A DNA stretch of 54,194 nt from positions 1 through 54,194 of the forward strand of contig JBNKUM010000077.1 in the NCBI GenBank assembly GCA_050298595.1, read 5' to 3'. The notes beneath the pieces were generated by a model, which did no database searches, had not been told where the DNA came from, and saw nothing but the letters and a program-made list of their open reading frames with translations. This document shows positions 31,940 to 40,826 of this stretch, one piece after another; the first letter of the stretch is position 1, and the number at the start of each line of letters is the position of its first letter. A program made the position numbers and the translations under genes. Source of the stretch: Gammaproteobacteria bacterium (GTDB lineage: Bacteria > Pseudomonadota > Gammaproteobacteria > GCA-001735895).

Positions 31940-33139
31940 ATGACCCAAGCTGATTTTGAGAGCCTGAATTTCCTACAGCAACATGTAGGCAGTATCCTGC
32001 GATTTTACCAACCCCATTGCTTTGATCCCAATGGCGGGTTTTATCATTATTACCTTGATGATGGGACAGTGTATAACTTTACACATCGACATCTGGTCAG
32101 TGCCACCCGTCTTGTTTTCAACTGGTCTATGGCATTTCAGCATACAGGAAATTCTCACTATAAAGATTGGGCGCAACATGCGCTGGATCATCTGAATGTT
32201 TTTCGCCTGAATAATGGGCCACAGAGAGGCCTGTATGCATGGACTGTGGAAGATGGTGTTATTCAGGATGCCACTGTAATGGCTTATGGTCAGGCGTTTG
32301 TATTGCTAGCCTTCAGCCACGCCTGTCGCATTGGTCTGTGTAGTTCATCCGCTGTGGCAGAGGCCTTCGATCAGATGGATGCAGCCTTTTACAGTCCATC
32401 AGATCTAGCCTATGCGGACGAAATCTCCCCATCGGGCCAATTGCTTGATTATCGTGGTCAAAATGCCAATATGCATATGTGCGAAGCCTGTCTCTCGGCG
32501 TTTGAATCTACTCGTGAAGTACATTATCTTCAGCGCGCCAAAAGTCTTATACAACGTTTTGCTTTTGATCTTGCACAACAGTCTCAACAACTCATCTGGG
32601 AGCATTATCGAGAGGACTGGTCACAAGACTGGGATTATAACCGCGATAATCCGGGTAATATCTTCAAGCCCTGGGGGTTTCAGACAGGTCATCAGACCGA
32701 GTGGGCTAAACTGCTATTGATTGCCAACAATTACGAAGCTGAACCTCGTTATGTGGAACGTGCCATCCAGTTACATCAGGCAGCCTGGAAATTTGGTTGG
32801 GATAAAAAATATGGAGGCTTGATTTATGGCTTTGATCCAGAGTTTTCTCCCTCCGATACAGATAAGTATTTCTGGGTACAGGCCGAATCAATAGCCAGTG
32901 CCTGGCGACTATGGCGGGTGACAGGGGATGAGGTATTTCGCGAGCAATATCACCAGCTCTGGAAATGGAGTTGGGAGCACCTGATCGATCATCAATATGG
33001 AGCATGGTTTCGTATAGTGTCGGCTCAGGGTAGCAGGTTGGAAAACACCAAGTCTCCTGCGGGTAAGGTGGATTATCACACCATGGGTGCCTGTTGGGAT
33101 GTGATGAAAGTCGGTGGGTTGATTGAAACGTGTGAATAA
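31940..33139 (+). CDS. AGE-family sugar epimerase/isomerase (YihS or mannose-isomerase-like)
   Basis: RHLVSATR, YRGQNANMHMCEA, GHQTEWAKL, KYFWVQAE, DYHTMGAC. Confidence 0.9.
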   Translation: MTQADFESLNFLQQHVGSILRFYQPHCFDPNGGFYHYYLDDGTVYNFTHRHLVSATRLVFNWSMAFQHTGNSHYKDWAQHALDHLNVFRLNNGPQRGLYAWTVEDGVIQDATVMAYGQAFVLLAFSHACRIGLCSSSAVAEAFDQMDAAFYSPSDLAYADEISPSGQLLDYRGQNANMHMCEACLSAFESTREVHYLQRAKSLIQRFAFDLAQQSQQLIWEHYREDWSQDWDYNRDNPGNIFKPWGFQTGHQTEWAKLLLIANNYEAEPRYVERAIQLHQAAWKFGWDKKYGGLIYGFDPEFSPSDTDKYFWVQAESIASAWRLWRVTGDEVFREQYHQLWKWSWEHLIDHQYGAWFRIVSAQGSRLENTKSPAGKVDYHTMGACWDVMKVGGLIETCE

Positions 33140-33317
33140 TTTCCGTCCAGGAGTTACAGGCTCCAAAATATGAAATAAGTACTATTATCAAACGATAGGG
33201 AATATGAATCATTTTAATCACGTCTGTCAAATAAGTGAGTTTTTTCAATATGTAAAATGTTGATTTGTATACCTAGATAACTTAGCCTGAATCATTAGAC
33301 AGGATTGGAGTGGCAAG

Positions 33318-33542
33318 ATGCCCATTGAAAAGATAGACAACGATACTACTGACTTCGATATTGCTTTACAGGATTTAGAGTTTGTCAGTCAAAAAGCCCA
33401 ATTGATTCATAAAATTGAAGTGATATCACGTGGTTTACCCCTTGCGTCCAAACTTCAGAAGATCAGAATCCAGCAGGAAGTCATGATTTTGCAGGAAAAA
33501 ATTAAGGATCTTGAAAAAGAGCGCTTTAAAAGCCGTACATGA
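33318..33542 (+). CDS. Small coiled-coil hypothetical protein (weakly DUF465-like)
   Basis: GGAG RBS, 74 aa, heptad-rich C-terminus. Confidence 0.55.
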   Translation: MPIEKIDNDTTDFDIALQDLEFVSQKAQLIHKIEVISRGLPLASKLQKIRIQQEVMILQEKIKDLEKERFKSRT

Positions 33543-33655
33543 TTTCTCGTAGTTTCCTTGATTCAAAAGTACACCATAGCCATGCGTTGGATGTAGACAT
33601 TTTCAGATAGGACTTCTATTCTGTACAATCGAATAATTTCATTGATGAGTCTTCC

Positions 33656-34318
33656 ATGCTGTCACATGTCCTTACCCCTGAAGAAGCCCGAGTTATTGGC
33701 TGTTTGATGGAAAAATCTGTCGTTACACCTGATCTGTATCCGTTAACACTGAATTCACTTACTAATGCATGCAATCAAAAATCCAGCCGTAACCCAGTCA
33801 TGAATATGACTCAGGGAGAGGTACAGCATACGGTTAGGAGGTTGTCTGAAAAAAATATGGTTCATATCGAAGAGAACTTCAAACGTGGCGTAGAAAAATA
33901 TAGTCACAGGTTCTGCAATACTCGCTACAGTGAGCTGCAACTGGATGAGGCTCAGTTTTCCATAATTTGTTTAATGTTGTTACGTGGTCCGCAAACACCA
34001 GGCGAGTTAAGGGCGCATAGCGGTCGTCTACATACTTTTGCCGATAATTCAGAAGTAGTGTTGGCGCTTGAGGGCTTAATTGATTACCACGGTAATCAAC
34101 TGGTGGTTAAATTGCCTCGTATGGCAGGGCGCAAGGATTCAGAATATACCCATCAGTTGTGCGGCCCTATAGATATCGAAGCTTATCAGAGTAAAGCGCC
34201 GCCAGCAGGGACTAGCCGGTCTTCAGAGCGAGTGAGTGTATCTGAACTTGCGCAACGAGTGACTGAGCTAGAAGCAGAATTAGCCGAGTTGAAAAAGTTT
34301 CTGGAAATCGATCTTTAG
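33656..34318 (+). CDS. YceH/DUF480 family protein
   Basis: EARVIGCLMEK...TPDLYPLTLNSL..ACNQKSSR; LLRGPQTPGELR. Confidence 0.9.
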   Translation: MLSHVLTPEEARVIGCLMEKSVVTPDLYPLTLNSLTNACNQKSSRNPVMNMTQGEVQHTVRRLSEKNMVHIEENFKRGVEKYSHRFCNTRYSELQLDEAQFSIICLMLLRGPQTPGELRAHSGRLHTFADNSEVVLALEGLIDYHGNQLVVKLPRMAGRKDSEYTHQLCGPIDIEAYQSKAPPAGTSRSSERVSVSELAQRVTELEAELAELKKFLEIDL

Positions 34319-34322
34319 TGTA

Positions 34323-35579
34323 TTACTCAGTCTCTTCCTGGATTTGTGATTCCTCTGCCTCATGAGCCACGGCCTCCATCGCTACCATAGTTAGCTTCGG
34401 TGGAACGTTCTGGTATTGAGTTAGTTCTTCCTGAGGAACAGGGGGATGCCTGATGATGAAAAATCCTGCTATTGCAATAATGATGAAATGGGTTGCTCCC
34501 AGATGTATAAAGAATCCATCATGCCCTAAGTGATCAAGTATAAAACCTATCGATGAAGGTCCTAAAATTGATCCTGTACCATAAATAAGGACCATGGTAC
34601 TGCTGGCTTCTACCATTTTTTCAGGCAGTAAACGATCATGGATCGAAGCTATAGCGAGTGAGTAAATGACCAGAGACATGGCTCCAAGCACTCCAAATAT
34701 CAGTATCAATGAATCTGGAGAGGGCTTAACGTTGATTATAACGCCACTTAGCACTACTACCACCATCGATGTCCCGATAATGGTAATACGTCTATCCATA
34801 CGATCTGATAACCAGCCAATAGGCCATTGGAATAGAGCACCCAATAATATAAACAAACTCATAAAAAGAATCGTCTGAGAAATATTAAGGCCTACTTTAT
34901 TTGCATACACGGCACCCATACTAAAAAGGGCTCCATGTGCTATGGCTACCATAAAAAGAGTTAATGTCCCTGTTGGAGCATCTGATATGAGTTCAGATAA
35001 GCTGATCTTTTCATGTAATTCTATTTCTGGTGCCTTGATTCGGCTGATTAAGACAGGCACCAGTGATAGAGAAAGCAATATAGAAGAAATCAGAAACAGA
35101 TCATAATCTATCGGATTTGCTAAATATAATAACCACTGCCCTCCAGCCATACTCAGGTAGGTGACTATCATGTATATAGATAAGACCCTGCCTCTACTTT
35201 TATTATCCGACCGAGCATTAAGCCAGCTTTCTACAATGACGTAGGTCCCGGCGAAGCAGGCGCCCGTAATTAACCGCATTACAAACCAGGTTGGAGGAGT
35301 GATGACCATAATCTGAATCAATACTGATGCAGAAGCCATTGAAGCAAGAGCCGCAAATACACGAATATGCCCAACACGTTTTACCAGTATTGGCGCAATG
35401 ATTGAGCCCAGTAAAAAACCAATATAATAGCCGGCCATTATGAATCCGGTTGTGGCAGCACTGAAGCCTTCGTAGGTTGCCCGTAATCCGGTTATCGTTC
35501 CCTGCAGGCCATTTCCCAGCATAAGAAATGAGAGTCCTAGAAAGATTGACCAGGTGTTTTTTACGATGTTAGTGATCAT
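34323..35579 (-). CDS. MFS transporter (YcaD-like)
   Basis: About 12 TM segments; RVGHIRVF, IVESWLN, GWLSDRMDRR. Confidence 0.9.
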   Translation of the reverse strand: MITNIVKNTWSIFLGLSFLMLGNGLQGTITGLRATYEGFSAATTGFIMAGYYIGFLLGSIIAPILVKRVGHIRVFAALASMASASVLIQIMVITPPTWFVMRLITGACFAGTYVIVESWLNARSDNKSRGRVLSIYMIVTYLSMAGGQWLLYLANPIDYDLFLISSILLSLSLVPVLISRIKAPEIELHEKISLSELISDAPTGTLTLFMVAIAHGALFSMGAVYANKVGLNISQTILFMSLFILLGALFQWPIGWLSDRMDRRITIIGTSMVVVVLSGVIINVKPSPDSLILIFGVLGAMSLVIYSLAIASIHDRLLPEKMVEASSTMVLIYGTGSILGPSSIGFILDHLGHDGFFIHLGATHFIIIAIAGFFIIRHPPVPQEELTQYQNVPPKLTMVAMEAVAHEAEESQIQEETE

Positions 35580-35943
35580 TGGTTTCCTTTAACTGGGACA
35601 GCCTGATATTAAAAAATGTCAATGCTATCACTTAAGAAGAATATCGGTGTGACGATACTTCATCAAAATCCGAATTGACACTATTTGTTACTATCACGGC
35701 TAGAAATATTTGATCCGGCCTCAAATCAAAAAAAATGCCTGTAACTAGAGTGATTTTCATGATTTAGATGTAAAATATGCCCGAAAAATTAAAGATTTAA
35801 GGCAACTATGTAGAATTTTTCGAGACTTTTCAGTTTTTTATCCGATAATTACGTGACCGGCTCGATCTACAAGAGTAAATTAACGTATTCAAAACAGTAT
35901 GCAGAATGGACTTATACTCGAATAACCTGAGGAGGCGAAAGCC

Positions 35944-37074
35944 TTGAAAGTTCATAGAGAAAACCCCGATTATTATCAAAGTTCGAACGTGGAACCATAT
36001 GAAAATGCCCGTCGTTTAAGTGTATTACGCCGACGTAGACATGTATTGATCGTCGATGATGAATCTACAGGGCGTACCATTCTGGAAAAGGTTATTCAGA
36101 AGATCGATAGTGATCTTCAGGTAACAGGTTTTGATTCAGCTGTTGATGCACTGGACTGGTTAAGTGTCAATCGCGTAGATTTGATCATTACTGATTATCG
36201 AATGCCCCAGATAAATGGGGTTGAATTCATTAAAAAAGTACGAAATTTCCCCGATTGTGAAAGTGTCCCTATCATGATGATTACGGTGGTGAGTGAAAAA
36301 TCAGTACGTTATGATGCCCTTGAAGCTGGTGCTACTGCGTTTCTAACAAGACCCATAGACCAGATTGAATGCAGAACCAGTTGTCGTAACCTGCTCAAAA
36401 TTCAGGAGCAGCAATCTATTATCCAGGATAAGGCTGACTGGTTGTCGCGTCAGGTTGACGTCGCGACCCAGCAGATCGTTGCCAGAGAGCGGGAAACTTT
36501 GTTACGACTGGGTAGAGCGGGTGAATATCGTGATGAAGATACCGGAAATCATGTCCTGCGAATGGCTAAATATTCAAGGATTATTGCAGAAGAGCTCGGG
36601 CTCGCAGAAATCGAATGCGAGGATATCGAATATGCCGCGCCCATGCACGATATTGGCAAGATCGGGATTCCTGATCAAATATTGCTCAAGCCGGGCAAAC
36701 TCAATAAGGAGGAGTGGCTAATTATGCAGCAGCATACCGTAATAGGGCACAATATACTGACTAATAGTCAGTCGCGTTATATTCAATTAGGTTCAGTAAT
36801 TGCTCTCAATCATCATGAAAAATATGATGGTAGTGGTTATCCCAGTGGGCTGAAAGCTCGTGAAATTCCGCTAGTTGCTCGAATCGTAGCTGTAGCTGAT
36901 GTGTTTGACGCGCTAGTAACTGAACGGCCCTATAAAAAGGCCTGGTGTACTGAGGAAGCATTAAAACTGATAAAACAGCAGTCAGGCAAGCACTTTGACC
37001 CGCAATGTGTAGACGCATTTTTCGATCGCCTGGATGATATAAATCAGGTGAAACTAGAGTTGAAAGACAGTTAG
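35944..37074 (+). CDS. rpfG: RpfG: REC + HD-GYP c-di-GMP phosphodiesterase
   Basis: GAGGAGG RBS then TTG; IVDD, TDYRMP; MHDIGKIG, HHEKYDGSGYP; upstream of the RpfC-like kinase. Confidence 0.88.
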   Translation: MKVHRENPDYYQSSNVEPYENARRLSVLRRRRHVLIVDDESTGRTILEKVIQKIDSDLQVTGFDSAVDALDWLSVNRVDLIITDYRMPQINGVEFIKKVRNFPDCESVPIMMITVVSEKSVRYDALEAGATAFLTRPIDQIECRTSCRNLLKIQEQQSIIQDKADWLSRQVDVATQQIVARERETLLRLGRAGEYRDEDTGNHVLRMAKYSRIIAEELGLAEIECEDIEYAAPMHDIGKIGIPDQILLKPGKLNKEEWLIMQQHTVIGHNILTNSQSRYIQLGSVIALNHHEKYDGSGYPSGLKAREIPLVARIVAVADVFDALVTERPYKKAWCTEEALKLIKQQSGKHFDPQCVDAFFDRLDDINQVKLELKDS

Positions 37075-37094
37075 CATATATAGGCTTTAGACTA

Positions 37095-39662
37095 ATGGAT
37101 CATCGGCAAATAATTCCACCTGGCAATATCTTTAAAAGTATTAGAAATCTCGTTATCAATTCCTTAGATTCGGAGTCAGAGCAGGCATTGTTACGCCTGG
37201 TTATTGGTGTTGCGATTATCGTTTATTTCATATTCCCCTGGAATGACGAAGTTACTATTAAAGACTCCTTAACTCATTACCCTAATCTGATCATTCTGGG
37301 TTCCTATCTGCTAGCGATTAGCTTATTTTTAAGTATCTTAATCAGCCCAAGGCCTTCGCCTGTTCGAAGAGTGATTGGGATCTTACTCGACATGACTTCT
37401 CTCTCCGCGCTATTGTTTATTACGAGTGAGGAACATATTCCGTTATTTGTATTCTATCTGTGGGTAGTTCTGGGTAATGGGTTTCGATACGGCATGAAAT
37501 ACTTATACTTCTCCCACGCGGCTAGTATCATGGGATTTTCTACGGTACTTATCTGGGGCAATTACTGGAAAGAAAACCAATCTATAGCGATTAGTCTGTT
37601 AATAATATTAATTGCGATTCCCATGTATTCTGCCTTTCTGTTGAAGAAATTACATACCGCTATCGCATCTGCGAAACAGGCTAATGAAGCCAAAAGCCGT
37701 TTTTTGGCAAATATGTCTCATGAGTTAAGAACCCCATTAAATGGAGTTATCGGTATGGGGGAGTTATTGCGAGAAACAAGCCTTTCATTTGAGCAGCATG
37801 AGTTGGTCAATAGCATGCATACCTCGGCAAATACATTATTAGAGTTAATCGAGAATGTTCTTGATATTTCAAAAATTGAAGCAGGCAAGTTAATTTTAGA
37901 TTCGAAACCCTTCGATTTGCATTCATTAGTGAACACTGTCATTTATATGCTAGCTCCGATGGGTGAGATAAAAGGGCTTGCAGTTTCCTGCTGTATTGAT
38001 CCAGACACGCCTTATTCGTTAAATGGTGACCAACCTCATCTGCGTCAGGTTTTGATCAATATCATTAATAATGCGATAAAATTTACTGACCATGGCAATG
38101 TAAATTTAAAAGTTTTCCAATGTTCTGGAACTGAGAATAAACCTCGCATTCGATTTGAAGTTATGGATACCGGAATTGGCATCTCTGAAGATGCACAGAG
38201 TAAAATATTTGAAAATTTTACCCAGGCAGATGCGAGCTCAAGTAGAAACTATGGTGGGACCGGTTTGGGTACTACAATCTCGCGCAATCTTGTTGAGTTA
38301 ATGGGTGGCGAAATTGGTGTGATAAGTCAACTGGGTGAAGGCTCGGTTTTCTGGTTTGAATTGCCTTTTGAAGTAATTCCTCGCGCTAATGAGCGATTAT
38401 CTGGTGAGAGAGTATTATTGCTCGCTTCTGAAGAAACTGCAGAAATAGTCCGTCCTTCATTGAAGGGCTGGTCAATTAAGTACGAATGGGTGCGTTCAGC
38501 AGCTAGAGCTTTTTCTAATTTAGTTAATGCTGAAGAGGAACATAATGGTTTTAATATCGTTATTGTAGATCAATCCTGTATGGAAGATGTTAACCCTATT
38601 CAGTTTGCTCAAATGGTAAAAGCTGAAAGGTGTTTAAAACAGTCGTCACTAATACTTTTGAACTCTTCAGACTCAGTAATAGAATCTAATCTAGTCAATC
38701 AATATTATAGATCTACCCTTGAAGACCCAATAGAAAAAAGACTTTTATTTAATGCGATTCATTCTGCTCAAAGCGTAAAAGTTAATGACCCGAATGTTGT
38801 CACTTTGGCTGAACATTATGCTCGACAGGGGAATGCTAAATCTCTCAATGTACTTGTTGCTGAGGATAATCTGGTCAACCAACAGGTAATAGAAGGTATT
38901 CTTTCTCATGTCGGACATCGAGTGATTCTCTCACGTAGCGGAGAAGATACACTCGAAATATTGTCAAAAAGGGAGGATGAGATCGATCTCTTAGTTCTTG
39001 ATATGAATATGCCTGAAAAAACTGGCATAGAAGTAATTAAGGAACTGAGATTTCTAGAATCAAAGAAAAATATTCCAGTAATTATGTTAACTGCAGATGC
39101 CACTCCAGAAGCAAGGGAATTGAGCTTGAATGCCGGGGCTAACTGTTTTTTGACAAAGCCAATTGATGCGAGGGTATTACTGGAAAAAGTGGCGGTATTA
39201 ACACGCCATTTGGGCGATAAATCAAAATATGTAGGCACAGATTTCGCCAAAATTTCCAGCTTCAACACATCGTTAAATATTAAATCCTCTCAATGGTTTG
39301 ATGAAAGTAAATTAAGGGACCTATCCAGCTTAGGTGATGGCTTAGGTTTCATTCAGGGGCTTATAAAAGGGTTTATTACTGATGGTGAGAAACATATCGA
39401 GAATATTTTTATGTCGGAAATTGATGATTACCCTGCTTACCGTGAAAATTTGCATGCACTCAAAGGATCAGCGATTGAGCTAGGGGCTACGTCACTGGTA
39501 GATGTTTGCCTCAAAGGTGAAAAAATTAAACCGTACGATATTGGAACGGAAAAATTGAAAAGGAATAACCGTGAAGTTGAAAAAATCTTCAACCTCACGG
39601 CTACAGCATTTCAAGAGGCTGTATCTACAGAATCCAAACACTCTCCACATTCTGCTGATTGA
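37095..39662 (+). CDS. rpfC: RpfC: DSF-sensing hybrid histidine kinase (TM-HisKA-HATPase-REC-Hpt)
   Basis: RpfC-like membrane sensor (DSESEQALLR, WVVLGNGFRYG); NMSHELRTPLNG; GGTGLG; LDMNMP; Hpt LHALKGSA; convergent with rpfF. Confidence 0.88.
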   Translation: MDHRQIIPPGNIFKSIRNLVINSLDSESEQALLRLVIGVAIIVYFIFPWNDEVTIKDSLTHYPNLIILGSYLLAISLFLSILISPRPSPVRRVIGILLDMTSLSALLFITSEEHIPLFVFYLWVVLGNGFRYGMKYLYFSHAASIMGFSTVLIWGNYWKENQSIAISLLIILIAIPMYSAFLLKKLHTAIASAKQANEAKSRFLANMSHELRTPLNGVIGMGELLRETSLSFEQHELVNSMHTSANTLLELIENVLDISKIEAGKLILDSKPFDLHSLVNTVIYMLAPMGEIKGLAVSCCIDPDTPYSLNGDQPHLRQVLINIINNAIKFTDHGNVNLKVFQCSGTENKPRIRFEVMDTGIGISEDAQSKIFENFTQADASSSRNYGGTGLGTTISRNLVELMGGEIGVISQLGEGSVFWFELPFEVIPRANERLSGERVLLLASEETAEIVRPSLKGWSIKYEWVRSAARAFSNLVNAEEEHNGFNIVIVDQSCMEDVNPIQFAQMVKAERCLKQSSLILLNSSDSVIESNLVNQYYRSTLEDPIEKRLLFNAIHSAQSVKVNDPNVVTLAEHYARQGNAKSLNVLVAEDNLVNQQVIEGILSHVGHRVILSRSGEDTLEILSKREDEIDLLVLDMNMPEKTGIEVIKELRFLESKKNIPVIMLTADATPEARELSLNAGANCFLTKPIDARVLLEKVAVLTRHLGDKSKYVGTDFAKISSFNTSLNIKSSQWFDESKLRDLSSLGDGLGFIQGLIKGFITDGEKHIENIFMSEIDDYPAYRENLHALKGSAIELGATSLVDVCLKGEKIKPYDIGTEKLKRNNREVEKIFNLTATAFQEAVSTESKHSPHSAD

Positions 39663-39699
39663 GTCATAATTTAAGAAAAGGCCTTTATCTACCAGGATA

Positions 39700-40566
39700 C
39701 TAAGCGAGAGAGTTCTGTCTTCTTATCAGTCGATTCATTATTTTTAAATCGCGGTCAGTTAGATTGAAAGCAGCATCAACCCATATTTTTGTAATATCCA
39801 CAAGTTCTTTGTATGTAATCGGATTACATACATCTTTTACCTTTCGAAGAGCCTGATAACTATTAGATTGTCGTGATACAGTTTTAATGTATTCGTATAC
39901 GGCACTTTCCCCATCATTTTTTTCAGCCAGTACATCAACAATACCCATTTGGTATAATTCATCTGAAGTATATAGCTTACCGCTTAGGATGATTTGTTCA
40001 GCAAGTGCTGCACCTACTTTTCGTGAAAGGAATGAAAATGCCCCCATCCCAGGAAAAAGGTTAAATAGCACTTCCGGTAAGCCCATTTTCACACCTTTTT
40101 CAGCAACCAGAACGTTACTGGCTAGTGCTGCTTCGAAACCACCACCTAGCGCATCACCCTGAACCAGTGAAATGGTCGTAAGATTTTGTTCGAGGTGAGT
40201 CATATTGGCGTATAAAACATCGATACAGCTGATTGCGTAGGTTAATAGTTCCTCTTTTCGACCTTCTTCTATGCATTGCTTGAATAAAGCTAAATCACCA
40301 CCAAGATTAAAAATCCCCTCAACATCGGATGCAACGACAACGAAGTCATATTTTTCACCATTGGTTTCAGCCATTTCTTTTTTAATCATTGTTATATATT
40401 TCTGAAATCCTTTGAGCAGGTCTGGAGTAAAACATGGACGGGGTAGTCCTTGCATATAACACCAGCTGGTACGGTATTTTTCATCGAAATAGTTATGCAG
40501 TTGTTGCTCGGATTCATGATTAAGGTCAAGTTGGTTCGAGTTGTCTAAAAATGCGATATTGTTCAT
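39700..40566 (-). CDS. rpfF: RpfF: DSF synthase (crotonase family)
   Basis: RPCFT, FNLGGDL, ALGGGFEAAL, LPEVLFNLFPGMGA (both catalytic Glu); AGGAG RBS. Confidence 0.92.
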   Translation of the reverse strand: MNNIAFLDNSNQLDLNHESEQQLHNYFDEKYRTSWCYMQGLPRPCFTPDLLKGFQKYITMIKKEMAETNGEKYDFVVVASDVEGIFNLGGDLALFKQCIEEGRKEELLTYAISCIDVLYANMTHLEQNLTTISLVQGDALGGGFEAALASNVLVAEKGVKMGLPEVLFNLFPGMGAFSFLSRKVGAALAEQIILSGKLYTSDELYQMGIVDVLAEKNDGESAVYEYIKTVSRQSNSYQALRKVKDVCNPITYKELVDITKIWVDAAFNLTDRDLKIMNRLIRRQNSLA

Positions 40567-40768
40567 GTAGTGTACTCCTGAAAGGATTTAATGTTTGATT
40601 GAAACGATTTAGCAGAATGATTTTATTTATATTTTTTAATTTGGTACTAAGTAGTTAATTTAGATGAAAAAAGTAAATATCACATAAAAACTTTACGTTT
40701 TCGGTTATGGAATATGAAATATTTATCTTTGAATTTAATCCAGAATTCAGGCTTTGCAAAAGGGTTGG

Positions 40769-40792
40769 CTTCAGAAGTGATTACTTCTGAAG
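40769..40792. repeat. Perfect 10-bp inverted repeat upstream of rpfF
   Basis: cttcagaagt-gatt-acttctgaag. Confidence 0.6.
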
Positions 40793-40826
40793 ATATTTGC
40801 GATAATTATGCACAAAGAGGGGGGGC

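Noticed and set aside
35640-35870. CRP/Clp or FNR boxes, or a c-di-GMP riboswitch, upstream of rpfG
   Set aside because: Only half-sites or wrong spacing (tttga-N7-tcaaa); no GEMM-type GGCAAA...GCAAAG core.
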